A DNA stretch of 64,000 bases from Euprymna scolopes (lineage: Eukaryota). The stretch lies in assembly GCA_053919585.1 (NCBI GenBank), contig CM132788.1; one strand, given 5' to 3'. This document shows positions 1-13,985 of this stretch, piece by piece. The notes under the pieces are model-generated. The model did no database searches. It had not been told where the DNA came from and saw only the letters and a list, made by a program, of their open reading frames with translations. How positions within the stretch are numbered: the stretch's first letter is position 1; every line of letters begins with the position of its first letter. A program made the position numbers and the translations under genes.

Positions 1-600
1 CTGGAAATCTTTTGAAGTAGACCCTTACGCCATACCTTTTCGAAGGCCTTTGATATGTCAAGAGCAATTGCCCTAGAAAGGAATCCTTTGTCAAGAGATT
101 CACTAATCCTGTGAGATATAACCGTTAGCACATCTGCAGTAGATCTTGCAGAACGGAGATCATATTGTGTGTCACTAAGAAAGTTATTTCTGCTGAGGTG
201 GTTGACTATTTCTCTATTTAATATGGATTTCATCAACTTACTCATAACACACAGGAAGACTTATTGGTCTGTACTGAGAGGGAGATTACTTATCACCTGG
301 ATTCTTAAATACAGGGCAAACTGCTTAGGTTTTCCAGGGAGTCGGAAAGCACTTCTCCTAAAGGCAGCAGTTAAACAGTTTCGTAAGTATGGGAGGAAGT
401 TCTGGTTGAAGCTTTTTTACCACTATAATTGGGATGTCGTCAGGGTCAGTTGCTTTACTGGAATCAACGTTCTTGGTTAGCTTTATAACTTGCAAAAATG
501 ACAACACAAAAATCGACCCTCTCCGTGTAAGGGTGAGGGAATGTATGTTTTTGCCACTTTTGAGATATTTGTTGACCGAGACATCGATCTTCAAATAAAT
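1..600 (-). mobile_element. CR1-group LINE reverse transcriptase remnant (runs off the window start)
   Basis: Minus-strand translation gives KATDPDDIPIIVVKKLQPELPPILTKLFNCCL (ORF 358-594) and ...SDTQYDLRSARSTADVLTVISHRISESLDKGFLSRAIALDISKAFEKVW. Both are homologous to the RT of the 29034-30554 ORF. Stops and frameshifts are present. Confidence 0.88.
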
Positions 601-644
601 ACTGATTACGTAAGGATCCGTCGGATCTCTCGAAGTTTTTGGCA

Positions 645-1490
645 GACATACATAAATTCATACATACATGATGGCAGCAAACTCGTTCTCGAGTATTGCT
701 ATTATTTAATATATCTCTGGCCCAAATGAGGCAGACACGAGCGCCACAAGCAGCATGTGCCAGGCGGCCACTTCTATGAATCGTCTTCAGTCCTGCACAT
801 ATGCCGATAACCGGGCCCAAGCTGGGGTCACCTGACCCATGTCGGACTAGACTTTGGATGTTCCAGAGCCTTTATTTCCACTGACGCCCATATCCGCATC
901 AGTCCTCATTGAGTGTCCGTTTGCCGTATTAGACTGTAGCCAGATTTTGTTATTGAGATACACAGTGATGGTAAGTTAATGGCATAAATTAATGGCTGTG
1001 CTTGAAGCTTTTTATAGTGAGGAAAAATTTGCACCGAGACAATCCCACTCTGAACAACTGCCACATTGAACCAAAACTAAGACCATTCATCAACATCATC
1101 GGATGCAGCAGTCGCCGCAGGTTGTATATCATGGTTTTCCTTCTCCTAGAGAGGTTGCCTTCATCATGTCTTACGGGCGCCTCTCCACCTAACATGACAT
1201 TTGATCCATGATTGAGGCAGGTTGCTAGGCATCAGAGGGCATTGTAGACGCTGGTGTGTCATACATGCCGTAGCTTACAAGGTCTAAGCTCCTCTGGAGA
1301 TTTCTGTCAGGGTTACTTTACCCTTAGCCTTTGCTTAAAAGAACCTTGCCCCACAAGGAAGTGGAGGTCCAGTAATATGTCGCAGGCCACTCTACGTTCA
1401 TTAGAACCCCGTCTGCCTGGCAGTGCTCACTGCGTGCATGTTGGGTTTATTTGTCTGGGAAAAGCACAGAATGACGTTAATACATCTGTG
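645..1490 (-). mobile_element. Non-autonomous RTE-related retroelement remnant
   Basis: Carries GGCAACCTCTCTAGGAGAAGGAAAACC (minus strand, ~1133-1160), which resembles a motif of RTE 5' regions. The same motif recurs at ~1820-1890. The element ends at a (CATA)n-like tract at ~645-670. Boundaries are approximate. Confidence 0.4.
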
Positions 1491-1524
1491 TGCTTTTAAC
1501 AGACGTCCATACAAGTCCTTGACA

Positions 1525-1890
1525 TGCATAGACACATACATACATACACACATACATACATACATGATGATGATGATTGCAACGTCTTGTCAGACGAGTG
1601 CCACTCCCTCAGAAATTTAAAATCCATGAGCCAAAATGCCTGAGGGAGTATCTATACAAATATGATGTTACAGAGTCTTAGCTTTGTACGACAGCTAAGT
1701 CTCTCTATCGGTTCAAAATGTTGAGATCCAGCAACAAGCAAGAGCAAGATAGCCAGCAACAAATTAAACTGCAGACCAGCTTAATGCGGGTAATGGTCTT
1801 CCGCTTTATGGTTTTTTAAATCAGAGATTTGCTTCTCCTAGAAAGGCTGCCTTCATCACGGCTTACGGGGGGAGGGGCTCTCCACCCCAA
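1525..1890 (-). mobile_element. Short RTE-related SINE-like element with 3' hairpin and microsatellite tail
   Basis: Shares the TTCTCCTAGA-GGYTGCCTTCATCA...CTCTCCACC motif with 1130-1192. Has a perfect 10-bp inverted repeat (ACTCCCTCAG 1603-1612 / CTGAGGGAGT 1640-1649) just before an (ATC)n(ATGT)n tail on the minus strand. Confidence 0.45.
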
Positions 1891-1891
1891 T

Positions 1892-1926
<35 letters not shown>

Positions 1927-2249
1927 AATACACACAGTGCTAGTTGGCCGTTGACCCAGAAAAAGAGTTCATTCGCCCTTTGCAATGACAAAGGACATAC
2001 ATACATGCATACATACATGCAAACTTTCTATTGCAATTAATATTTTGCATAATAGATTATCTATATCCTGAAAATTATATTAACTCGCAGAGAGTTTTTT
2101 TTTGTCTCAGAACAGAATATGAAAGATTAAATAATTACTACAAAATAATGCAGATATCTTTAAATCTATAGTATTAAGTATATGACGGGGAAAGGATAGA
2201 AAACGAATTTACTTACTGATTTTACAGTATACAAGCTTGATTTCAAAAT

Positions 2250-2650
2250 TAAGACTATCCAATTATTCCATCTAAATTGACCAACTTGTAACAAAATTTG
2301 CAGTGATATACTGATTGCACCTTTACATACATAACCTGAACCTTTCCTCATTCATTTGCAGATATTTCTACTGCGAAACTGTTAAAACTCAATCTTGTCA
2401 TAGGCTTGCGGTAGAAACAGAAGAGAAGCCTTTAAAGTAATTATGACTATTGAGAAAAAATACATTCTGTGGTAGAATGATCGCTAATTTTAATGGCGCG
2501 AGTCTTGATAATGGACATTTTAAAACATTTTTATTAGGAATATAGAATATTGTCATTCAAAATGGTGTTGTCTATATTATTCTCTTTAAAACTACCTGAT
2601 ACAGATTTTCAAATTAAATCAATACCATAATTTATTAAAAGAGTATGTAA
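2250..2650 (+). mobile_element. Highly decayed L2/CR1-group LINE C-terminal remnant
   Basis: tcttgtcataggcttgcggtagaaaca = SCHRLAVET, matching the SxHxLxIETGR motif, followed by a degenerate Cys-containing segment. Confidence 0.4.
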
Positions 2651-2736
2651 TTTGTATTCATCAACATTTTCTTTAAATATTTTGTTTCGGTCTTGTGTTC
2701 ATGCAAACCTGTAAAAACAGCATTCCTACTACTTAG

Positions 2737-3917
2737 AATACATGATGGGGATATGTCTCTAAATAGAAATGATCAATACATGATGGGAATATGTTTCTAA
2801 ATATAAATGATCAATACATGATGGGAATATGTTTCTAAATAGAAATGATCAATACATGATGGGAATATGTTTCTAAATAGACATGATCAATACATGATGG
2901 GAATATGTTTCTAAATAGAAATGATCAATACATGATGGGAATATGTTTCTAAATATAAATGATCAATACATGATGGGAATATGTTTCTAAATAAAAAATG
3001 ATCAATACATGATGGGAATATGTTTCTAAATATAAATGATCAATACATGATGGGAATATGTTTCTAAATAAAAAATGATCAATACATGATGGGAATATGT
3101 TTCTAAATATAAATGATCAATACATGATGGGAATATATTTCTAAATATAAATGATCAATACATGATGGGAATATGATTCTAAATAGAAATGATCAATACA
3201 TGATGGGAATATATTTCTAAATAGAAATGATCAATACATGATGGGAATATGTTTCTAAATATAAATGATCAATACATGATGGGAATATGTTTCTAAATAT
3301 AAATGATCAATACATGAGTGGAATATGATTCTAAATAGAAATGATCAATACATGATGGGAATATATTTCTAAATAGAAATCATCAATACATGATGGGAAT
3401 ATGTTTCTAAATAGAAATGATCAATACATGATGGGAAAATGTTTCTAAATAGAAATGATCAATACATGATGGGAATATGTTTCTAAATATAAATGGTCAA
3501 TACATGATGTGAATATGTTTCTAAATAGAAATGATCAATACATGATGTGAATATGTTTCTAAATATAAATGATCAATACATGATGGGAATATATTTCTAA
3601 ATATAAATGTCAATACATGATGGGAATATGTTTCTAAATATAAATGATCAATACATGATGGGAATATATGTCTAAATATAAATGATCAATACATGATGGG
3701 AATATGTTTCTAAATATAAGTGATCAATACATGATGGGAATATGATTCTAAATATAAATGATCAATACATGATGGGAATATGTTTCTAAATATAAATGGT
3801 CAATACATGATGGGAATATATTTCTAAATATAAATGATCAATACATGATGGGAATATGTTTCTAAATATAAATGATCAATACATGATGCGAATATTATTC
3901 TAAATATAAATGATCAA
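2737..3917. repeat. 38-bp tandem minisatellite, about 31 copies
   Basis: Consensus AATACATGATGGGAATATGTTTCTAAATA(T/G)AAATGATC. Units start at 2737, 2775 and so on; most copies differ at only a few positions. Confidence 0.98.
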
Positions 3918-4474
3918 CCTGAAAAAAACACACAACTGCAATAATTAAAGTGGATTCTGTCATTCTCTCTGTGTTTCTCATATTTAATTTTTAATGTAAT
4001 GCATCCTATTTTATCATATCTATAATTAACTTACGATTCGGAGGAATACTTAAAGGATTCAATATATTCTTCGATGATATTGACAAATGTAAGAGCTAAA
4101 ATTCTCATGGCCTATTTGTTTTTGGCAAACAGAACCTCTCCTATACTTATGACCGTATGATATTGTTTGTAATTATTTTAAGTAATTCAGAATATTCAGC
4201 ACGTTAGACAACTTTTTTTAGTGGTTGTATGAATTTAACGAGAGAAAAATTACATTCATTAGTCGGGTTCAGCTGTGTTTTACTAAGTCTTTGTATGGTT
4301 TCTTGTGTGTTGCACAGTTACTAAAGAGGAAGATTACTAGCATTATACGCGTGAGATTCATATTTGTAATCACGAGTTCGGATGTAATAAAGTGATGGGC
4401 TAGGTTTAGACTTCCGATGTGTTTGCTTTCAGTGCTCTTCTGAACTGCAACATTGCTTGATTGTGGAAATAATG

Positions 4475-4486
4475 CACACATACACA

Positions 4487-4571
<85 letters not shown>

Positions 4572-4600
4572 GCATGTATGCATGCATGCATGTATGAATA
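4475..4600. repeat. Compound microsatellite (CA)n-(TC)n-(TA)n-(TGCA)n
   Basis: Directly visible. Confidence 0.95.
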
Positions 4601-4846
4601 TGTATTGTTCAACACGACTATTGTATGCCTACATATATTACGCAGAATTTAAAACTAAAAATGAAAATACGCAGAAGCTTATAGTTTCAAACTTCGCTAC
4701 ATATCTAAATCCGCTTTATGATAAAAACCAACTACAAGTGAATGGTGGTTAGAGAGATGCGATAAATTCTAAAAATAATGTCCTTTTATTTATAACAAAA
4801 ATGTCGTAAAGATAAATGTAAATTTATTCTAGAATTATAGAAAACA

Positions 4847-4878
<32 letters not shown>

Positions 4879-7800
4879 CACATATGTGATTTTAGATGGT
4901 GTATATGTTTGTAAGTGCTTTATTTTTGTATGTGTGTAAGTACGTACAAAGATGCGTTTGGTATTCTCTTTTTCTCGAGAGTCAAATCTTCTATCCATAT
5001 GCCATAGACGTTATTCTTTCCATGTGCAAACTTCTAACGACCGTTCTTAACTGATCACCTGCCAAACTGTCTGCATATTTGAATCTCTAAGTAAGCCTTT
5101 ATTTTTGGAAATCTGCACTGCGCATTATTGTCCAGCTTCTTTTTGTTATTTGTATTCTTCTTTCTTCCTATTTTTTTTTGCTTTTCTCTTTTCTTTGTTA
5201 TTTACTAGAGTTGGACAAGTTTTATTGTATTAAACTGACTATAGTCTGCGCACCACGTTTTTTATCTACAATTCTGACCCGCTGTCTGATATATTCAAAA
5301 TTTAATCTTTTATATGCGTCCAAGAAAATCTATGAGAATTACTTCCAGTTTACTGTAGCTTTGGAGCTATAACTCGTAAAATGCATGATGTATATTGGTA
5401 CAATCGATGTCATCATCTTTGAAATTAGATCATATTACTTTATGTGTGTCGGTTTAGAAATTTTTCCACCCCAATTACGAACAAAAATTTTCCTCGGATT
5501 TTCTTTTGTAATCTTTAGTAATAGTTAACCTATATATTATCTACACTAGTTGCAATTTTCCGTGGCAATCGTCGAAGGAATTCAGCGATAGGTACGTTAA
5601 TGCAGTAAAAATACAACTCCTATTGATTGTAATTTTTTGGTTTGATTGTGCCGCATTGTTTTTTTAATCCTTAAGAAAAACACATTTAAATACATATTCG
5701 TCTATGTGTGTAAAATATTCTACGTCATAAATTGCAGTCATACAACGTCAATAACTTTATATATTTTGTCATCATAGAACTCGATTATGATACATATTTC
5801 ATCTAATGTCCTGATTTTGTATTGGTGTGCTTCTTTATTTGCGGACTATTATTCTTAGCTTCTAGTTAGGTGAACTATATATCCGGACTTCGTCAAGTGG
5901 TAAACCGAGAAGGGATAAGAATGCTGTTTCGCTTAACTCTATCCTTAGTAGTTATTGGCCTTCATAGTTGTTCACGTGTCAACACATTTTATTTATGTAT
6001 TTATGTACATAGGACGTACTACTTATCAAGGCATGGACGCCACTCGAAAATAAGGGTTATTGTAATGTACGGTAATCAATGGAAAAAGTATCATAGTAAT
6101 CGTTACTAATAAGAAGTTGGTAAATTGGATTACTTTAGGTGCCGGTTCATCAAGATTCTTTATATTGGGCGTAAAAACAACCAAGTTGTAGTCAGATAGA
6201 AAAAAAGCAAACGAAATAGACGTTAACAGGCGTGCAGTTCTAAGAAAGAAGCGTTGTTCATGGAGTCTACGTTTTGTTCACTCTGGCCGGCTTTGGGTAG
6301 GATTGACATCGCCCTCTTCAAACAATGCTCATCTAAAGCTGTGCAGAGTATACCTATATATTTCCTTTCTGTGTACTTTGATATTTAGTAATGTTTATAA
6401 AGTGTTTATTTAATATGCTTACTGTACTTCTTACTTTACAAGAAAAGGTTGCATTTCAAATTACTAGGCATCCTTCCGCGTTTACTTTTCTGTTTTGGAA
6501 CGATAAAGACAACTGCTAAAATGACAACAATAATTCAAATGTTTGTGCTAACGTGTCATAAAGGAAATGAAATGTTGAAAATATCAGTGCATACATCGTT
6601 AGTTCACTAAGTAAAATCAATTTTTACAAATCTAGCAATTATTGGTTATTGACCATTCTGTTGATATCGATCATTTTTTTCAGATTATATTTAAGTCGAC
6701 AACAGCGATGTGGGTTCTGTACTATTTTGCTCTAAGCTGTAGTTAAATGGCCTATCGTTGTATATTATTATACCACTGATCAATAACAAATTAGTTGTCT
6801 TCGTTTTCTCCGCTGATCTAGATGTGCTAATTAGAAACCCCAATTGGTAAGCTACATAAGGTTAAGTTTTTGAATTATATTTATATGTCTTAATTTCACA
6901 TGAACTAATGTGTGGAGAATTTTATAATTAGGGGTTTAGCATAAAATTCCAAGTCTAATAACTGTATAGATAAGGAACAAATATGTTAATCACAAAAATA
7001 TACAAATCCGCGAGTTATTGGTGCTTATCTCAAACACCGAGATCCACGCCGACATTTGGCCAAAGCTTGTGTTATACATACTTGGAGATTGGTTGATTGT
7101 GAGGAAGTATTGCTGCTTTGCTAAATAAGAGAATCTCATTAATTACCCCCCGTTGTATAGAGAAGGAAAGAGTACACTTTTCACTGCTACATATCAAGCT
7201 CCACTTAAATATTCAGCTAGCCATGACTCTGGACAAGGATTGTAATTGCTTCACTTAATTGTGTCAGGTTTTTTGGAGGATTGCCCATAGAAACTTTGAA
7301 AATTGTTTTCCTTGATGGTCCTCACAATTGGAAGTCATGAGAGGTACAGTATTTAAAAACACTCAATGAATTAAATGGAACTGGAAGCGTAAAGTACATT
7401 TGTTCTGTTAGTAACATACTTTTTGCGGGAATAATACGACCCGAAACTACGCGCAAAATAATAACTACTTTCGGAACACTAGTCTGCGACAAAAGCGTCA
7501 GCATTCACAAATTGATCTCATAATATAAACATCGTTGTTTATTTATGTTAAGATTTCCTGTGTTTGCTAAATGTTTTTTCTTATTTTCTGATTTATATAC
7601 AACTTGCGTGGTCTAATGTAATTTAAATATGGGGCCAATCCATATGTAATATATTGATGCTTTCATTTCATTGATATTCAGCGCAAATGACTTAGCTGTC
7701 AGCAGCTATAATCGAAATTGAAACGAAAATTATGAAGAATTCTTAGTAAAATTAGTTATAAAAATGCATGTCTTTAGTGCCATCGACTATAACCGAAACC

Positions 7801-8147
7801 GAAACCAAAACTCATGAAGAATTATTGGTAAAATTAGTTATTAAAATAAATGGGAGTACTTTACAATTAACTGAGACAGATATAAACGCGAAACAGATAA
7901 TAACACACACGATGTCTTATTAATATGCAGAATAGCCAAATATGTCATGTTATTTAAAATGACTAAATGCGAGTTCATAAGTTCAGAGAAAGTTATACGA
8001 AGAAGTTCAAAAATAAATAAATTGAAAAAAATTATTGCTGTTAAAATCCTTAGACTTAGTGAACACTTAATGTTTTTTCGTTTGATATTCCTTAATAACT
8101 GTATACGCTCTGTAATAATATATTCAAATTATATACGTTCTGTAATT

Positions 8148-8445
8148 TATGCAGCATAATTAACATTAACACACCGATTTCAGATATATCAGGAAATTAA
8201 GCGACGTTAAGCCTCACCATACTAAAATGGGTGACCATTTGGAAATTCCGGGTGCTGTACGCGCTCTCCGCTTACCCCGGTATTGCTTCCAGTCGTCTAA
8301 CGTTTCGTCTTGCTACCGGAATCAAGCAGTGCCGATTTAGGAGAGGCATTATTCTTGCTTGCACAAGCCTTGCCTTAAAATTACACGCGCATATAAATTT
8401 ACTAGGTGTATCCATTGCCTCTTGAGACTGAACGAGGGCATCACA
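8148..8445 (+). mobile_element. 5S rRNA-derived SINE (SINE3-like) or diverged 5S pseudogene with a 3' body
   Basis: 8171-8262 (acaccgatttc...aattaagcgacg...atgggtgaccatttggaaattccgggtgctgtacgc) is colinear with invertebrate 5S rRNA (ACACCGGTTCTC...AGTTAAGCAACG...GGATGGGTGACCGCTTGGGAATACCGGGTGCTGTAGGC), including box A and box C. No oligo-T terminator follows; instead there are ~180 bp of GC-richer sequence. Confidence 0.72.
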
Positions 8446-9449
8446 TTTTTCCGCATTAACTGATGTTGAAATAATTGACGATTTGACCAAATTATTTCGG
8501 GTTTAAAATAAAAATACTTGCAAGTGACATTGCATGACTTCTTCTATTTGAAAAGTTTGTCTTGGGAAGTACAAATAAATTAAATATGAAATGAGTATGA
8601 TTTAAATTTTAATGCCTAAGAGAACCCTTAAGGGCTATACCTAAGTCTTTGGTTGAAAAGGTTTATCAACAGAAGTGTTCTTTTCTTCTATATTGACGCA
8701 TATACATGGGAACATCGACATATTTTTTTAATTATATATCCGATGGTATATGGTGTAACGTCAGGTGTTTTGTTCTTTATTAAATCAGCACTATATTGAC
8801 GAATGCCATACGAAATTTTATATTATACTAGCTTGGCTGCATGCTAATCAACAAAAAATAAAAATAAAAAATAGTAGTCGGTAGGCAGGCCCGAAACCGC
8901 ATCGGGACGGAAGAAAAGAACGTGAAAAAAATTAACATCTCCGCCGCTGCGTCGATGGCCAAATCAGACGTGGCGAAGGTTTTAATTAAAGTTAGTAAAT
9001 TAAAAAGTAAGGATTATTTTTTAGTCAATTTTCGATTTTAGAAGGTTCAACTTTAAAAACCATATCGATCTCGTGTAGAGAATACCTTCATGATCATTGG
9101 GCTCATCAGTTATTGTCTTTAGACTCATCATATTCGTGTTTTTACATGTTTGTATAAAACGAGGGCTCATGCTGATTCAAAATATATGTTACGCGCATGT
9201 ATAAAATGCCAAGTAACAGTTCATCAGTTACATATATGTTAAAATTACATTACAATTTTTCAATTAGACAACAATCATGCAAGTATGCGAATATGCATCG
9301 AAAAAGGAAACTAACCTAGTCCACAGAACGTATGGATATGTATTATAACAATACTTTCACAATAACAATCTGTGGTACGATTTACAAGAACAATAAACGC
9401 TCATACATTAAAAAAAAAGCATTCAGATGCAATTTTATTTTCAAATGCA

Positions 9450-12400
9450 TTATGGATGAAGTCGCATTGATGAGCTACATCTCTCATGCATCCGAACCTT
9501 TATACCCATCAAATCCTAATTAACATAAATATGATATGAAAAAAATAAACATAGTACCACACATACCGAACGACTTAATTCCCAGAACTCTCAAATGTAT
9601 AGACACCATTGAGACCGCTTCACACGTTTTCTATGCATTAGGTGTGGAAAAACGAAACCCATACAGATTGTAAAAAATAGTCCAAATTTTCTAACTACCA
9701 AGAATGCAATATTGCTAACTAAAAAGAATGCGACAAATAGCAAAAAGAAAAATTAATTACTAAAATCAAATACACAAAATTGTAACCTTCCAAGAGGCTT
9801 GTAACCTAGCCGAAATTCGAAATACATTGAAATAGCAAAAAAAAAAAGTAAATGAATAAATAAAATAAAAAAAATAAAACATAAAACATAGCACGGGAGC
9901 AAATAATTAAACAACAAAAACAAATATATCAAACATGAAATCAGAAGACCTTAAGGAATTACTAAATAAAATACATGGACTATTAGAAATATTAAAAATG
10001 ATAATATTAATCAAATCAACATCGAAAATAAAGTTTTAAAAATAAAGCCAAACCAAAAGTCAACCCAAAGGACCCACAAAGCCCCAAAGTACTACAATAC
10101 CCACAGAAACAAAGCCTACCATCATAAAACACACACTAAAAACTGTCCATTAAAAACAGGAAACACACGACCATGCAAGAAAAAGTTAAAACCCAAATAA
10201 ACAGAACACATTCAACTTGCAGACCAAGAGACTTTCTCCAAAAAGAGATAGGAGGAAATGGACACGAAAGATCGAAGATCACATACTAGCGATTCACAAA
10301 AGTAAAACGTAAATAGATTAAATCAAACCATAACCCAAATAATTATCTAATATGATTGTTGAGGCTTAAAACTTAACATGAGTGATCAATTACTTCTTAT
10401 AGCAAACCATCACCTAACCATCATATAGCTCCAAGAAACATTTTCATTAGCTTAAGTTAAAATAAATTTTAAAATATCTTAAAACAATACAACCACATCA
10501 ACAATACCTTACAGAGAGCATCTGGTGGAGTATCTATACTTATAAGAAATAATATCCCACAAAGTAAAGTAGATCTAAAAGGTAATATTCAAGCCATTGT
10601 TGAAGCAGTCACATTACACAGAACTATAAACATCTGCACTATCTTCATCCCATCCCAGAACCGAGTAACCGAAACAGAGCTAAACGATATAATAAATCAG
10701 TCACTCAAACCGTTCTAACTGTTGGTTTATTTTAATAGTCACAACGATATATAGCGGTTTGCATACTTACATAAGAGAGAGAAAAAATTGAAAAAATTAT
10801 TAACGACAATAAATTTTACATATAAATAATACACCCGACCTATACATTTATACCGCTTCAGCATTAGACCCCTCTTTGTGTGACCCTTCTGTCCTCATGG
10901 ACAACAACTTAAATGTTCTAGAAGATGCATACAGTATCGAAAATAGTGAAGTGATTTTAACAAATCTGAAAGAAAAATAAATCATCTCTCTCAATAGCAA
11001 AAAAAAAAACAATTGGGAGTAATATAAAAAGGGAATGCCACCAAAAAGTCTCCGAGAAAAACATTAAAAATAAATCAATAATTCAATAGAATACTTTTCT
11101 AAATAATTAATTAATGTTGCAGACCTACCACGCAACACAGACTCTGATTTAACGAGGAATGCACAAAAGCATTCTCCAACATAAAGCTACCTTAGAAAAT
11201 TCAACTCCCAATCAACGACGAACAATCTAAATCTTTGTAAGCAAAAATGGCAATAACTCGTAAAGTTATCAGAGAAGTAAAGGACATCCTATAATGATAA
11301 TATAATCAACATAAACTCAAATAGAAACCCCAAACAAGTGTTGATCATAGTAACCAAATTATGGGCTAAAACTTAACCTCATCTTTAAATCACCTCCAAC
11401 AAACAAATATTAAAATAGCAGAGAAGGTATAACGAATCTTCACACCTGAACTTTTAAAAACAATTCATCCCGTAAAAATTAGAGTCATTCTTTTCAAAAG
11501 ACAAAACAAGATACGGAAATAAAGACAAAAATAAATGTTAACTCAAACAATAAATACAAATTCCGCTATCATTTTTTTTCTAAAATGAACTCCTAAAACG
11601 CATAAACGAAACACATACCACAGTTACAGGTGCGGATGAGATACATTACGAGTTTTTAAAACAACCGCAAATAAGAGACCCATGTTTTAGCATGCTGAAC
11701 AAAATATTGTATATAGGAAATCTACCCGATAGCTCGAACCATGCTATCGGAATCCCTTAGAGAACGGCAATTCAGATCCACAAAAAGTGAGATCAATTGC
11801 ATTAAGAAATCGTCTTTGCAAACCTTCAAAAGAATGATAAATAAACGACTGCATTGGTTTGTGGAAACTAATAGCTCAATTTCCAACATACAAATATTTT
11901 TAGGAACAAAAGAGTAGCAAGGTAGCACATTATCCGACTGGCTACCTTTATCAAAGAAGCATTCATTAAAAAAGAACACGTCAAAGCTATTTTTAGAAAG
12001 AGCATAGTATACAATATTATGACAGAGTATAATAAAATATCTATACAATTTGTACAATCTTGAGAATAAAGGACAGACTACCTATCCTGGTAAAAATTTG
12101 TCTATATGATAGAAGTTTAAAAGTAAGAATCATACCAAACCTATCAGACAAAAAACACAGTATGGAGTACCACAAGGACGCCTTTAATTAATAACGCTCA
12201 TAATATAAAATTTAATAATATTTTAAATTGTATAACAACGAGAGAAATGGTTCCTTATACGTGGGTGACCTTATGATTTGCCATAGACCAAAATCATTCA
12301 TACCCCAGAATGCAACCTACGGAGGTGCATAAGCAAACTAAGAAAATGGACAACAGAAATGGCTTTACATTTTCGACAACCAAATAAAATCTGCCCATTT

Positions 12401-12585
12401 CTGTAATTATAGGAAGAAAAAAAAAGTAGGACCCTACTCTTCATCGAAAAGGAAGAAAAATTGAAATAGCTGAAAAACCTAAATTCCTGGGACTTATTTT
12501 ACACAAAAAAATGCTTTTTCTCCTTAACTTAAAATATTTAAAATAAAAATGTTTAAAACCCTACAAATGTTAAGGGTTATAGTGA

Positions 12586-12618
<33 letters not shown>

Positions 12619-13985
12619 TATATATATATATGTATGTTTATATAGAGACTATCCTACTGGTCATCCTAATAAAACTAAAACTACATTATGGAAGCTTCAT
12701 ATATAATTTCACAAGAAAAAAATTATCTTCAATCTGTAGAGTTTATCCATCGCACGTTTTCTAGACTTGCTTCTGATGAATTCACCCCATCCACCGATAG
12801 AAATTGGCTTACAATATTGGGTTAATATAAATTCAAATCCCCAAAAATCCTATCTATCAATGCACTTTCAACTTCACATATCTCTTCAATAACAAAGCAA
12901 ATACAATTAAACCATTCGGTATCTACATGGAAGAAACAATAAAAACACTTACAGAAAATCCAATAGAACAAACCAGTATCAACGAGGAAAATCCCACAGA
13001 ACACCCACCCTGGCTGTTATATCAACCTTAAATCATACAAGATCTGATAACATATTAAAAATCTAATACTCACATCTTAGACTATAGAGTAAAACTAAAG
13101 AACATTCTGGATCCTTACTCATATCGGAAACTCATTTACCCGGATGGTTCAAAATATCAAAACGAAGTGGGATTTTCAGCTATTTCAGAAAACACTATTC
13201 AGCAGAAAATGCTTCTAAACACTATTTCATCTATTTTACGGAAGATATAGCCATAAACTTTGCTCTAGATATTATCACCAACAAAAAATCCAATCATTCA
13301 TATTAGAAGACTCATTATCAGTACTTGAATCATTAAAAAATAAATAAATGAACACCCCCTTAAAAATCAAACGGTTTCAAAGGATCTATTTTATCATACA
13401 ACCCACACTTTGCTCTTCTGTTGGATTCGTAGTCATTATGGTTTCTGTGGCAATGAAAAAGCTTACATGACAGCCAAAAATGTCCTAAAACTGCAAATAA
13501 GCAAGATAAACGTCCCATATGCGGACTATAACATTTGACTAATCAATTATATCACAAAGAAATGTCAGGAAATCTAGAACTTTATTCATCTACTTTAAAA
13601 AACCCTACTATATCCTAGAAAATCAGATACATAAGTAGTAGCACCTATCCGGATAGGGCGCACATACAAACTACCTCCCACATACTAAAAAGTGAGCATC
13701 CTCACACAAACTCGTCACAACTATTAGAGGGCTACAAAATTAAAAAAAAAGAACTCTTCGAAAAAAGAACACCCACCCATTTTAAATTTCTTTAAAAGAG
13801 CAACCTTTTATCATAAAAGATAAATAATATCAAATAAAAAACGATACCAAAAAATAACACAAATATACCCAGCAAAACCCGACTCTGAAAGTATAAAAAA
13901 TGTCAATCTTATATACAGCATTTAAAAGGTCCAAATAATGTTGATATTATGAGTTAATAAACAAACTAACAAAAACAAAAAAAAT
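9450..13985 (+). mobile_element. Decayed near full-length I/Nimb-clade LINE (ORF1 zinc-knuckle trace, APE endonuclease, RT, RNase H)
   Basis: Endonuclease motifs LQET (~10430) and RASGGVSILIRNNIPQSKVDL (~10516). RT motifs TGADEIHYEFLKQ (~11626), GVPQG (~12164) and LYVGD (degenerate YVDD, ~12255). RNase H motifs IYPDGSK (~13135), DSLSVLESL (~13310) and WIRSHYGFCGNEKA (~13422). A-rich 3' tail at ~13955-13985. Many stops; a (TA)n tract interrupts at ~12586-12645. Confidence 0.88.

Noticed and set aside
2737-3917. CRISPR-like array (38-bp repeats)
   Set aside because: The units are head-to-tail with no unique spacers, there are no cas genes, and the context is eukaryotic.
4950-5480. Possible RTE RT remnant on the minus strand (similar trace at ~45400-46000)
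   Set aside because: Only two- to four-residue motif traces remain, which is insufficient support.
7705-7852. Two-copy ~81-bp local duplication
   Set aside because: Real, but an ordinary diverged tandem duplication with no further structure.
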